Below, in pieces: positions 50,651 to 63,673 of a DNA stretch of 64,000 bases. Under the pieces are notes generated by a model. The model searched no databases, was not told the DNA's origin, and saw nothing but the letters and a program-made list of their open reading frames with translations. Made by a program: the position numbers and the translations under genes. Position 1 is the first letter of the stretch, and every line of letters starts with the position of its first letter. This DNA is from Takakia lepidozioides (lineage: Eukaryota > Plantae > Bryophyta), in assembly GCA_030704615.1 (NCBI GenBank), contig CM060732.1, positions 43,772,001 to 43,836,000 on the forward strand, in the 5' to 3' direction.

Positions 50651-52612
50651 TCCTGGCACCATCTCCTCATCCGTCTCACCATGCCACCGAGCTCCAGTAT
50701 CATCATGCTCATTCGTGTATGGATTACAACTGAATCCATCTACATCCCGATTGATAATACCGACTCGATGCACCACCTGAAAGTCGTATTCTTGAAGCAT
50801 AAGTGCCCATCGTGCAAGCTTCCCTGTAAGTTTGTCTGACTCCATCAACCACTTCAATGGTTGGTGATCCGTGACAAGGGTGAAGAGATTGTCATAGAGG
50901 TAGCATCTGAAATGTGTCACTGCCCATACCGCAGCTAGACACTCCCCTTCATATGAACTATACTTCGCCTCGGCATCATTGTTTGAGCGGCTAGCATATG
51001 CCACTACGAACTCTCTTCCCTCATCATCCACTTGTGTGAACACTGCTCCAACCCCCAGCATATTCCAATCCGTATGTAGCTGGAAAGGCCGCCCCCGAAT
51101 AGGCCGCCTCAGAATAGGTGCAGAAGTCAATCGAGCCTTAAGTTCCTCAAAGGCTTCCTCCTGCTCCTCCTCCCACTGCCACTCCTGACCCACCTTGGTC
51201 AACTTAGTAAGAGCCTTTGCAATGCTGCTAAATCCCTTAACAAACCGTCGAAAATAGTTTGCCAACCCCATGAAAACACGAACTCTGCTAATATCTATGG
51301 GGTGTGGAATGCGTGCAATGGCCTACACCTTTGTCTTTTGAACACCCAATCCTCCAGGGTATATCATGTGGCCCAGATACTCAATCTGGTTGTGGAAGAA
51401 CTTGCATTTCCTAGGGTGCAATTTCAACCCATGCGCTCTCAAGCGTTCAAACACCACCTGAAGGTGTCTCTCATGCTTCTCAACCGCAGCACTAAAGACG
51501 ATGATGTCATCAATGTAACACCGGGCAAAGTCTAGCCCCGCGAGAATCCTATCAATAACCCTCTGAAACTCTGCAGGAGCATTCTTCAACCCAAATGGGA
51601 GGAAGCGCCATTGGTACAAGCAATCATTTCCATGTTGGTCAATCCCCCAGAATGCCGTCTTTTGCTTGTCAGCCTCTTTGATTGGCAACTGGTGGTAATT
51701 GGATCGCAAGTCCAATGTGCTAAACACCTTCGCATGCTCAATGGCATCAAAGATTTCCTCTGGAGTTGGCATGGCATATCTATCGGACTTAGTCTGACGG
51801 TTTACAGGACGATAGTCCCCACATATCATTCTTTCTGTCCAATTGCCATAGATATCCTTCTTAGCTGGCATCACCGTTGCCGAGGCATACTCCCCACCTG
51901 ATAACTCCACCAATCCAGCTTCGAACAATTCCATAGTCCGTGACTGGATCAATGACCTCTCCATGTCACTATACCGGTAGGGCCTTCGAAAGATTGACGT
52001 GTCACTTGCCAAATCAATACGAATCTCCTGACCCTTCAAACTCCCCAAATCCTTCAAACCGAAGGCAAAGCAATTTTTATAAGCCCTTAGAAATCGTTGG
52101 ATCCTCCGTCTCTCTCCTCCGGTGACTGTAGGTCCAACATCTGGTTTCCAATTGTCCTCAGTGACTGCAACCTTTGGTACATCAGGCTTGGAGGTAGGAG
52201 ACGAATCCTTTGGTTGCTAGATAGCAACCTCTTGGGCCTTGTCCGCCCAATCTGACTGTGGCGTAGCCTCCACTTGCTCTGCCATAACCACCTTGAGAAC
52301 ATCCTCTGGGGAAGAAACATTCTCAACCTCTTCAAAAACATTGGTCATCTTGTCCTCCAACTGATCCTCAGTGTATGGCTCTCCCCACTCCTCATATTGA
52401 TGCTTGAGAGATCGAATGACTTTCTTTTTCCGCATCTCATCCCACATCTGCCATGGGTGTTTGCACCTCATGATCCTGTGCTCGCCCCCACTCACTGCCT
52501 CAACCGTCTCGGTTGGCAGAGGGGATACAATACCAAATGGGAGTGCAGAAGTAGCCACCACTATCTGCAACCTCCATTGCTCAACCATGCACAAGCCAAT
52601 GACCCATGTCAA
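50650..52612 (-). pseudogene. Ty3/gypsy pol fragment (RT and RNase H) and upstream degenerate sequence
   Basis: PYRYS, DYRPVN, LPFGLKNAPAEFQ, YIDD, GLANYFRRFV, LHTDW, YEGECLA, TDHQPL; frameshifted, no LTRs recognised. Confidence 0.88.
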
Positions 52613-53630
52613 TCAATTTAGATCTATTGCTTGACCCAACACATGTCGACGTGATGCCTCTGATAGAGCTGGCACAGCTGTAGTGCCCGTGACAAATCCC
52701 ATTGTCCGCTCTCGCTCATCTAAATTGGGCTCTACCAATTGCTGTAGCACACTGTCCCAAATCAACCCATGACCATTGTCTCAAAAAGCAAGAGACGAGG
52801 GAAAGCACATGAGCGTAGGCAAGGCCGCGCATGGCTGCCCCACTCGATTTACCACTACTAGATGTGGACGGTCATCATGTCGCACCCTCTGTGGTTGCCT
52901 CCCTTGGTCAAAAATACCCTCAATTGTGAGATTGGGTGGCCGTTGAATGAAATCGTATGCTCTCTTGAGCAGCTCTGGTCGTGCAAGATTGGTTCACCAC
53001 AATCGAGGTCGATGCGCTCGTGATCCCACCGCTGCTGCATCCAATAGCACCGCCGATCCAATCCAACACCGCATTTGATACATACTGGCCATAACCTTGG
53101 CCCGAGAGTCCCCCATAAGAAAAACATTCTCCAAGATATAGGCTAGAGGTTGCACTTGCCTCGTCTGCAAGTCACGCTACACTCTCAACTACTCCAAATG
53201 CAAGGTTGGAACACAACACCTCGTTATCACTGCGGATGTCAGAGGTGAAGCACATAACCATAACATCCAAGGTTTGTAATAGTAAGATATCCTTAACCTA
53301 CCACCCAAATACACTACGCCTCTACTAAGAGGCTTACGCTTCGCAGCAATTACATCGCTCACATCCCTAATTCTCAATAAGCGTAAGATTGAAGGTGGCC
53401 AGTGAACCACGGTGTACCAGTTATGGTGCGGACAGAGCCCATGGGCAATTGAAGCTCCGATTTTGCATGCAAAAGGAGACATCATGAAGGGCTTTCCCTG
53501 GAAAGATGGAAAGAAAGGTGTGGTGATATCTACAAGATAAATGCAAAGCAATCGGATCCATTTTGTGAGCACGATAATCTGGCTTGCACTGTCAATTCTT
53601 TTTTCTCGGGGTCCCATTCACCTTGGGGCA

Positions 53631-56600
53631 ATGGGTGCCAAGGCGGGAATCCATTTCGATATACTCTCAAGGAATGCCCTCCTTGTTGCCAAGCAGACGG
53701 ATTTCTCACCTTGCGGCCCCGTGGGACATACCTCTCCCTCTCCAGTTTCTTTCTCTGGCAGACTTCACCATCCGCGCCATCTCTCTAAATCTCTACTCTC
53801 CTTCAAAAGCTTCGAGTCTCCGTTGACAGGTTAAGATGTGGGAGCATTTTGGTCGTTGCGCTCTCTCTCCACTTCCAGATTGCAACCTTGCTCCAATCGT
53901 TCTCAGTTTTCCCCTCTGACGTCCTCTCGCAGAGGACATAACTCGCAGACCGCGTCCGGAAGAGGAAGGGAGGGGCAATCAGCCACGGATGATGTTCTCA
54001 AGATAGAGGAAGGAACTAGCAAGGAGGTACCTCTTAATATAGTCTCTGACACAGAGGAAATCATTACTGAATCCGATTCAGACATAAGGGGTGCGTTTTC
54101 GGAGAATGGTGATGGTACACAAGAAGGCATTGTCTCCAGTTCCAATACAGACATCAACAGTCAGACGAATTTGCAGGTAAAGGAGAGGGAAAATTCCTAT
54201 TTTCGTTTTCTGGATGTTGGCCAGGAGGAGGGAGGAATGAAATGCATAGGGACGGGATCGGATGTCGAGTGTGTGGTACCTCTCACAGACATAGAGTCCA
54301 CAATTTCACGAAAGATGGCTTCGAGAGCCATCAAGATTGTGGCAGACAGTGTCCAAGTTGCAGGTGGTATAAGTGATGCTGAAGTGGATAGCAGTATGTT
54401 GAACGACATTCCTTCATCAGGCAGTAAGCGGATGCCTGTCAAGGAGAAACTTGAGAGAGATGCCGAATTCTCACTTGTCATCGCGCTACTGGAAACTTTA
54501 CTTCTCATTTCCCCATTCTTTTTCTGGGGCACAGCTATGGTGGCCATGAAAGGGGTCCTACCCAAGGCAGGCCCATTGTTTGTAGCAGCCACGCGTCTCA
54601 TTCCATCAGGGGGCATGCTCGTTGCATTTGCAAGGTGAAATTTCTCTCCTCTCGGTCACAGATAAACAGTCAGGGCCTTTGATGTATCCTTTGGTTTCCT
54701 GTTGTAATTCCACCTGCTCTCATGTGCCCTCTCTGCTCCCAGTGGACAGTACAAACTTCTTTTTCTTTCATTTCTTTTCTGTCAAGCTCGAGTCTGTTTC
54801 TCTTTGTGTATGCCCCCTTTCCCCTCTCTTTTCCTCATGTAAAATAAATTTCGTATGTCATTGAAGCTAATAATTGCTTTGGAGGTAAAACAGCTTGGCT
54901 GCAAGTGAAAGAACTGTCATGAAGCACCAGGGGTAGGGCGGATATGAAGTCCGCTCTACCCACCAGCACAGTCATATGACATGAGTCAAGTCTTGGTATG
55001 ACTGTGCGACACACTCATACTTGACTTCAATTCCTTTCAGTTCAAGAGGGAGAAAAGTGCCAGAGGGTGTGACAGCGTGGTTAGCCATTGCTCTGTTTGG
55101 TGTAATTGACGCATCATGCTTCCAGGTTTGCAGCTAAAATGCTTAATTTGTCTCTTTTTCTCACTTTGCCGCGTGGACATCAGAATGTTTCTTTATTTCT
55201 TTCTTTTCAAAGGTTTACAACCGGAGAACTATCCCTTCTCCCTCTCTCTCCTCTTGCTCTGTGCAATTAAATACAGTACAAGGTTCTTGTTTGTTGTGGC
55301 ATTTGTGGTGAAGGCACCACCCTGATGGCAGGAGGCAACTGAAATGTCTATGGCTTGTAGAGGGCCACACGCACTATAAAAGACTGCCCTTCCATGAACC
55401 ATATTCCAGGTCTATTTGTGAAGTTTTGGGATTTGCACAAGGCTCATGCTCTACCCACAGCTTGCTCTCTAATGTGCTGAAAATTGGGGTGCATTTGTTT
55501 GATAAACCCTTCATGTAGGTCCTTACAACTACAGACGTTGGTTGCTATCTTCTTAAACTTACTCTGACTGAAGCTCAAATTATTATCAACTTAGTTTTAA
55601 AAACTACTTATTTTACTCCAGGTGATGTTTGACCATGTGAAACGTCTCACAAACCGATGGACAACAATGGCTTGCCATGCTACAACCCTTTCTCCAGGAC
55701 AATTGCAATATGTGAAATGACAGCAGAGGACATGTCGGCCCAGATTTGCATGTGGAAGATGATTAACAAGACAACAAATCTATCGCTGTGCAGCTAGGTT
55801 GCCAGTTGTTAGGGTCTCTTACTGTCCTTACTCATAGAAATCTTTTTGTATACTCTTCAAGGCTTGCTCCCTAGTCTCTATTGGTGGTGGTGGAGAAGAT
55901 TATTTCTGATTTTAACACAGCTCCCGGTTTCTGCATTTTATTCTTAGCAGAACAGCTTTGGTCAAAGTTATTCACTTCAATAACAATCCACTGGCATCTG
56001 AAGTATGCTCTCAGTTTGTGTTGCCTTCTTTAGCTTATGCTGTGAGGCTCTTGGAACGTAGAGGTCGTTTTCTGTCTCTCTGCAACTCAATCAAAAGGAT
56101 TCGTTCATCACTGCCATCTTTAGTATTCCATGCATGGTGAATTTGCTTGCAAATCTTCTGTCAAGTTCTTCATCATACCCAAATTTAACCCTGACATGTA
56201 AAGCTCATTGTTCTACTCTCATTCTGACTCAAAGCTGCCGATGCCAATTCCCATCTTCACAATCTCTTGACGGCATTCCAGGATTCCTAGCTATTAAGCA
56301 GAAGGATGAGGTAAGTGCTGGAATGACCATATTTAGGAATGACTCATTACTTAGTAGTTGCCGGTTTTGCTGATGACTTTGTCCTTGGCTTGATGATGCA
56401 GGGGTTTCTGGCTGAAGGCCTGCGCAGAACAAGTGCCAGCCTTGGCAGTGTTAGTTTTCTTTACTATCCACTTTCCTATCCATAGATGTGTCAGGATGTG
56501 GGAGAAATAGCTGGAGGCTTGTAGAGTTTATACAGGCTATTGCATTGTGGATGTATGAAGGTTTATATATGGCAAATGTGAATGTGTTGACGTGGGCATA

Positions 56601-59600
56601 TTTGTGGTGTTGACATGTGAAAATAGGACAGGTGATAATTGACTCGCAGCCACTGACAGTGGCGGTTCTGGCAGCACTCTTTTTTGAGGAGACACTTGGT
56701 CCCCTTGCTATCTTGGGCCTGGGGTGTGGCGTGGTGGGGCTAGTCTTGTTGGAGGTATGTTCTCTAGGTCCTAGCTCTTGTACCTCTTTCAAACTCTCTA
56801 TGCAAGGTGCTTCATTTCTTTTCGGTCTGCAGTTGAACAATTGTTTTTGGTGAAAGTTAGGCTCGCCACTTTTCTCCAGACAGGCTAGCATGGCAAGTCA
56901 TCAGTATGTCCCACCGACATTCCAAACAGATCAGAAGAAAGGTCCATGCAAGTGTGTGCGAGTTAATTTCACAGTCTAAGAGCTCTTTTATGAATGCATT
57001 TAAGAGATGCCTCAGTGTAGCTCCCTGATGTTTGCAGGTGCCTTGGGAGGTTCTTCAAAGTGTGACAAGTGCAGAGGGGCTACGTCAATTAATGCAGTCT
57101 GTCACTGCCAACAATGAACCTGCTGTAGCAGGTCATTGGACAGTGTGGGACAGCGGGGAGTGGTGGATGCTATTGGCAGCTCAGAGTATGGCCATTGGGA
57201 CTGTAATGGTGCGCTGGGTTTGCCAGTATTCTGACCCTATCATGGCGACGGGCTGGGTATCTCTCCTCTCCCTCTCCTTTCTCTCTCTGAAGTTTAAAGG
57301 GCTATTGCAAACAGTGTCTTTCGAGTACAGCTGAAGTTAAAAGGACCATTCTTCGAAACATTATCAGGCCTGTCTTGGAGTATGCATCTGCCGCGTGGGA
57401 TGGTTACTCCAACCATGCTAAAACTTTGGAGTCCATTCAGCTTTAGGTGCTCAAAGGGAGCCTGTCAGCGTGTTCTAGAACAGCAAGACCATCCTGTTAA
57501 ACAGGCGAGGAGATTTTCAAGTACCTGAATATTAGGTAGGAAGAACTGACACTGCAAGATGGAGCTGACTTGGAGGCGGAAGTGCCTAAGGCCATGTCCG
57601 AAGCACAGAATGTCCGAACAAAACGAAGTTAGGCATTAAACCTCCCTGATCTTGTTTCCAGTTTCTGACATGGCTATATGTTGTTGGGTTTACTGCCTGA
57701 AAGCCACATCAAGGACATTCCACAGTGTATACTCCCTGTTCTTCTTCCTCCATATGTTGCACAAATATTGTAGGGTCAAGTAGCATATCGAATGTCATAC
57801 CACTGAGAAGATTAGTCAAATAAATTTATAATGGCATGCTCTGATACTTCACATTTGTCGCTTTTTTAATTGAGAAGACCCTCTAGTCAATACTAAATGT
57901 GGCGAAGGGTGGCGTTGGCTGTGAGGGCTATCACACTTCGATTTTCAGTTCAACATTAGGGGTTAGAGTCTGTGTCTTATGGTGACACGGCTGCATGATC
58001 TGTGAAATCTTGAAGTATTGGAGATCTGAGTACATTGCTGTCAGAGCTACACTTGGCAATTTGTACCTTACCTTGAAATGGGTGGGGATGGCAGCATATG
58101 GTCCTGGGGGGGGTACCACTGCTGGCTTTGTCGGTGTTGCAACATGACCCTGCTGTTAGTGGACACCTGCAAGACCTCGATTCTAGTGACTGGGGAGCAC
58201 TTGCATATACCTCAATCTTTGGTAGTGCCATCAGCTATGGTGTCTACTTCTACAATGCTACCAGAGGTGCCCACACTCTTGCTCTGTCCCCTCTGTCTGT
58301 CTTCTCTCTAACATATGTGAAAACCCTACCCATAGGGCCCACCCTTGGAAGAGGGCAGTAGCCCCAAGTCGAAGTGGCTCTTAGTTACGCCAGCTTTGGC
58401 TGGAGCCTTCTTCTTCTTCTTCTAGAAACCCTTTCTGATGGAGGGTAATTCTGCTTGGAGACTGCAGGTAGTTTGACAAAGCTCAGCTCACTGACGTTTC
58501 TCACACCAATGTTTGCAGCACTCTTTGGGTAATTCCAGTGCCTTTTCGTCACTTCATTGAGTATCTGTACATCGTTCTGCTGTGTTCTTTCTTGTGGTCA
58601 GAGAAATACAACCTTCATTGGCGTGGAGAGAGAAGAGCCCACTCACCTGCTTTTGGTAGGCTGGGCTGTTGACATTCAATAGATAGCCCAGTGGTTAGGG
58701 CATAATACCAGTTTTAGTGGTTGTCAGTTCAAAACCACACGAGTGTGTTGGATGTCATAAAGGTACAACCTTCCCATCTGAAGGCAGTAGCCCTTCGGGG
58801 TCAAGTGACATCATAAGTCACGCTTGCTTCGGCAAGAGTCTGTCATTTACTGTCAGGTCATTTGCATGTGTTTGGTGTTTCCACTTTTGGTCTTTTCAAT
58901 ATCAGCCAGAGTTGTCCTCTCAAGTCATAAGTGGGGAGCTTTTTGCCTGCTTTGGTTAGTCAGGTCCTTGGTTTCTTGTCCTTCATTTTGTTGCCTCGTA
59001 AGACTTATTTGTTTTTTCCTGTCATCTCTGTAGCTGCCTTCTCTTTGTATTGCTGAAACTGTTTCTTGGCTCATCAACAGTGACTGAAAGTATTGTGTTT
59101 TTGTACCCACTACAAACACATGAAGTCAGTGGGCAGTTGTAGGGACTAGCCGCAGCTATTCAAGAAGTGGTTGAATTGTCTTGTGAGTTTGATGACCATC
59201 TTAGATTCAAGGCTGCAGTCATCCTTCTTGTTTTTCTGTTGCTCATGTTATTGCTTTATTCTCTAGTCTTCTGTTTCTTCTTTCATGGAGCAGTCACTTG
59301 GATGCGGTCAATCGTTTTCCCAGATTAGTACACCAAAGGAACAGGATGAGAACTTCTAAGAGTAGCCACAGACGCATAGATGTGGCTAACAGTAACTCGC
59401 ATACCTATCTACACGTAAGAGCAGAGGAAAACTCGAGGCTTAAATTTGGAATGTAAATGTTTGAACGTATATTCTTCTGTAAGGAGATAATTCTGTAGTG
59501 CCAGAACAAGGGTACGTTCCACTACAGGAGTGAGCATTCAGCAATGGTGGTGTCCCCCCTATTTTCCTTCTTCTTGTTTCACATCCACCCATCTCCCTCC

Positions 59601-59822
59601 TGCACTGTCCAAGGGGGATAGGGGTGTTCTTGAGTACGGCAAACAGTCCAAAGAGCACATCCCTCTTCCTCTTTCTGGATTGTTGACAAGGGATGGCTGG
59701 TGCATGGCAGGTACCTAGTGCTTGATGAGACACTCACTGGAGTACAGTTGGTAGGAGCCTCCATCACTCTCGGCTCCATCTACCTGGTTAACATTAAGAA
59801 GGGACCTGAAAGGCAAGACTGA
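53631..59822 (+). CDS. WAT1-related / EamA drug-metabolite transporter, plastid-type, multi-exon
   Basis: LISPFFFWGTAMVAMKGVLPKAGPLFVAATRLIPSG, GFLAEGLRRTSASLGS, VIIDSQPLTVA, SGEWWMLLAAQSMAIGTVMVRWV...DPIMATGW, HMVLGG, YTSIFGSAISYGVYFYNATRG, SLTKLSSLTFLTPMFA, YLVLDETL...; the 5' structure is uncertain because of an in-frame TAA at 53832. Confidence 0.88.
57350..57670 (+). mobile_element. Old degenerate fragment of the same LINE family, in a WAT1 intron
   Basis: ttatcaggcctgtcttggagtat...tccaaccatgctaaaactttggagtccattca aligns to the IRPALEY...[10 protein letters not shown] coding sequence. Confidence 0.7.
58683..58850 (+). mobile_element. tRNA-derived SINE (family 2), intronic
   Basis: A box tagcccagtgg, degenerate B box agttcaaaacc, and a 3' half colinear with 47300-47395. 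Confidence 0.75.
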
Positions 59823-60089
59823 CCAGGAGAAATCCAAGACAAGTTGAGGTGTCAGTCATACCCGTGGACATGTAGTCATATAATGTGATCATGAAGTTAT
59901 GTACTCATGACTACATCATGGCATCATGGCATTATATGATACAATATTCTTTCCCACATTTAGGTCATATATGTTGTCCATGTGGACATGTGTCACATCC
60001 GGAGTGCTACATGTGTCCCTTTGACACCTCTCTATGGAGTCATTTACTTTGTAGACACGTAGTCATATAGTTAGTCATATATAAGTCAT

Positions 60090-60881
60090 ATAGTTGTTAC
60101 TACATCGCTCTCTGCAGCATGCATGACTCCAGGTGCCACGCAAGCAGTCACGGACACACTCAACTTTGCCTCCATCTCATGCATCTACATACACCTAGTG
60201 ACCAAAACTTCAAGCAAACAAACGAAACATTGCTGCCTCCTAGGATAGTAAATGGATGCCTATATTTCCCATGTTGAGTAGATGACAAACATGCCTCTGA
60301 ATGCAGCTTCTTCACCCTGTCTCTGATTTGCATGAGTGTCAAATTGGCTTTCATGGAGCGAATTTCTGCAAACATAGAACATGCAGCACAGGGAAACCGT
60401 AAGGGGTTTGCTACAGCCTAATCTAAACTCCTGCAGAACATAGAACAAGCACAAGGAAGGCCTGCTACCACATTCATTCAAAGCATTCATCTGCGTCCAG
60501 AGTTTATGTGCTCCTACCATGTAGAGAACAATATTCATGCTCTATCTGCTCTCTCTCCAACAGAAAATACTTCACCCATTTTCAATGTACCGCAGACTGA
60601 CCTGCATACTGCAGCAACATTAGTGTGCAAGAGGTCATTATGTTTTTTCATCTGCTCCAGCTCATCAATGTTGGGGATGTCAAACTGTGCCTGACTGGCA
60701 AGGTACACCTTCTGCTTTCCATACTCCTTATACATAATTTTCTCCGCGGTCACCAGTGTGTCCAACGCCTTCTGTACTGCCATCTTTTTGAAGCCGTACT
60801 TTTGTAGTGCGTCTGCCACATTCTGGGTGTTCAAAGGCCTGCTTTCCTGTCACATACCGTTGGTCCAACATTTGTTCAGCT

Positions 60882-60915
<34 letters not shown>

Positions 60916-61769
60916 GCCCAAACTGGGCGCTGGGTCTATGGCCACAAGGCTACGGCAAACGTCGTCTTATGGGGACATTCTCTCTTTCTTATATGCCTCG
61001 GCACTGTTGCCAAACTGGGCTGGGGGTCTATGGCCACAAGGCTACGGAAAACAACGTCTAGTGGGTACATTCTCTCTGTTTTCTCTCTCTGGTTTATATC
61101 AAGGTAAGTCACACTATTGGAATGAGCCCCTCATGTTTCCGTCCAAACTGGGCGTGGGGTCTATGGGCACAAGGCTACAGCAAACAAAGTCCTATGAGTA
61201 CATTTCTTTTTCTCTCTCCAGCCCTGAGGGTCTAATTGCTGGGCACCTCGCACACAGCAGATTGATGCTTGTGTGAAGGGCTTTCTAGACGAAGATACTT
61301 CACTCTCCGACCTACTGTGAGGTAAGCTGTTCACCTTCTTTGCCGTAGAGTATGATTGCTAACTCCAAAGCTTCAGCGTGGGATAGACAGGCCTAAAATG
61401 GAGGGAAAGAAAATGTTCACCATGCCACACCACCCTGTTGTGTGCACATACTTTTCTAAGCTAGGAATTTGCTACCGTGTGCACCTGATTTTGTTGGACG
61501 AGCAATAAAAGCAGTCATATTTTCTAAGAAATTGCATATTATCAGGTGATCATAAATTTCGAGGCACCAATTCTCAATCTCTCTTTCTTGTAGTTCTACA
61601 TTGTTCATGGGCCACGTGGGGGGGGGCGTTATAAAGTACCATTTCATTTCTTCTTCTTTAACCCTCTATCTCTTCTCTCCTCCTTTCCACACACACAGAT
61701 GCGACCCTTGACTTAAGGAGTAACAGTTCTAGAAATAGTACCTTCAACATCATCCCGCTTGGGAGGCAT
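60090..61769 (-). pseudogene. HOP2: HOP2/PSMC3IP homologous-pairing protein, probably degenerate
   Basis: MPPKRDDVE, RPLNTQNVADALQKYGFKKMAVQKALDTL...KEYGKQKVYLASQAQFDIP, EIRSMKANLTL, MHEMEAKL. Apparent frameshift near 60850 and no intact C-terminal exon found. Confidence 0.65.
60883..61295 (+). mobile_element. (CT)n microsatellite followed by three tandem LINE 3'-end fragments and an internal LINE fragment
   Basis: caaactgggc...ggtctatggNcacaaggctac.g..aac occurs three times (about 60914, 61009, 61144), each ending in (g)tacatt-ctct-like sequence. 61250-61290 matches the [13 protein letters not shown] coding sequence. Confidence 0.8.
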
Positions 61770-62500
61770 TGTGAGGGAAACAGGCACAGAACACTCTTGA
61801 AGAAGAGGAAGAACAAAATTGATGACAATGCCTGCTTTCTACATTTGTTCGCGCTCCTCGCCAACACCGCCGCCACGTCCCCTCTCTGTCCTTTCTATAT
61901 TCTACCAATCCAGACATTCTACGATTTCGATTCCTTAGTATGCTGTCACAGGCGTTTCCACGCTGTCCCCCCTATTTCGTAAAGCTGAGGGATCGACCTA
62001 GGATGAAACCCGTCGTCAGCGCTGCAATGTCTCCGGACCTTTGACTGACAGAGACGAAATCTGCACAATCAGAATTTCCAGCACTCTTTCTGCAAAACCG
62101 ATGGATCCAATTTCGAAGACGGGAATTCACAAGCAGCTCTGGATCGGACCTTCAAAGTTCACTACAACTGAAAAGGAAATAAGAAATTCTTTCAAATCGT
62201 TCAAATAAGGAATTCAGTCGTTCAAATTTCGCAACAGTCACCGTCGTCCTTCCCACCAAACAGGAGCGGTCGTCGTAGCAGAAGGATATTCGAAATGAGC
62301 ACTTCGGTGACCCCTACGATGTGACAGAATCCACAAGCACCTAACGCACTCATTCAAAACAACCAGCACTTTGTTTCTTTGGAATGCACCAGTCATCGCA
62401 GACAAAATCAAAACGACAATGTGCCTCCTACACGAAATTTTCTTTTACAATTTCCTCATTCTGTGACCTTTATGATTCCAGAAGCAAACATTCGGATACA

Positions 62501-62544
<44 letters not shown>

Positions 62545-62762
62545 GTGCAAAGCAGAGATGGCGGTGCGTGGTACAAAATGGCGAGACTCCATCAATGATC
62601 AGGCGCCATAGTTTTCATCCTGCAGTGGATGCATATCATCCCACATCCAACTCCGTCCGCCACATTAATAGGATAGATGAATGAAGGTCACGAGTTACGA
62701 GAACTACTTCAAGCGAATCTCAAGATGCCATAAGTATCTCGGGCACGTGTGAGGCTGCTCGA

Positions 62763-62828
62763 TTTGGAGTGTGTTGAGGGAAGAAGAGTGAAATAGTTCT
62801 CACTCTTCTTCCCTCAACACACTCCAAA
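62763..62828. repeat. Perfect 29-bp inverted repeat with an 8-nt loop
   Basis: tttggagtgtgttgagggaagaagagtga - aatagttc - tcactcttcttccctcaacacactccaaa. Confidence 0.95.
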
Positions 62829-62908
62829 GCTGAGAATTGTTGCGTGAAGAAGGCAGGGATTGAATCACGCACGAATTACTCTCACGCATCCAGCTGTGGA
62901 AGATCAGG

Positions 62909-63673
62909 ATGCCGGAGCTACCGGAGGTGGAGGCGGCGCGGAGATTAGTGGAGAAGTATTGCATTGGGGGAGTTATATTGGAAGCCACAGTGGCAGACGA
63001 TGCCAAGGTTATCGAGGGGATTTCTTCGTCGTCGCTGGAAGAATCTCTCAAATCGAAGCGCATATTGGCCGCTTCTCGCAAAGGGAAGCATCTCTGGTTG
63101 GAGCTTGATCAGCAGCCATGGCCATCGTTTCATTTTGGTAGGTTTCTCTGTTTCTTTCGTTGTCTGTGTCTGGAGGTAGGCGAGTTGGGTAAGAGCAACA
63201 TCCCTGGTGAAATATGCAGCTGAATTCCTGGAGGGTGCGGGTTGGTGCACAAGGGTGTTTGCATTGCATTCAGTGCGCTCAAGGATACTGTCATACCAAA
63301 GGTCAGGTTCTACAGTGCACGGATGCACCAGTCAATCCTGTGGGAGAGAAAGAGAATACACATTGTACAAGGGTGGAATGGTGCAGGCATGACTGGAGCG
63401 GTGCTTATCAAGGGTGTCAAAGGGCCGCAGTATAAAAGGTGTAACATGTTTCCTACCGATTTTCACACACCACAAAGATAGGCACATGTGACAATGTCCT
63501 TGGATCAGGCCCCTTCTCTCAAATTTCGGTCGTGACGTCCCGTCTGCCTGAGGTCCGGTGAATGTGAAATGTGCGATTACCTTACCGATGCTAGTGTACT
63601 TTGGAACATGAGCAGCTCAGCTCTGAAGGACGAAGACGTCTGGCCTTCTAAGTTCTCCAAAGTCCACATCAAG
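62909..63673 (+). CDS. FPG: Formamidopyrimidine-DNA glycosylase (Fpg/MutM), first three exons; gene continues beyond the window
   Basis: Catalytic N-terminus MPELPEVE, RKGKHLW, HFG|MTG, KGVKGPQYKR, WPSKFSK; exons about 62909-63137, 63388-63438, 63616-63673. Confidence 0.94.
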
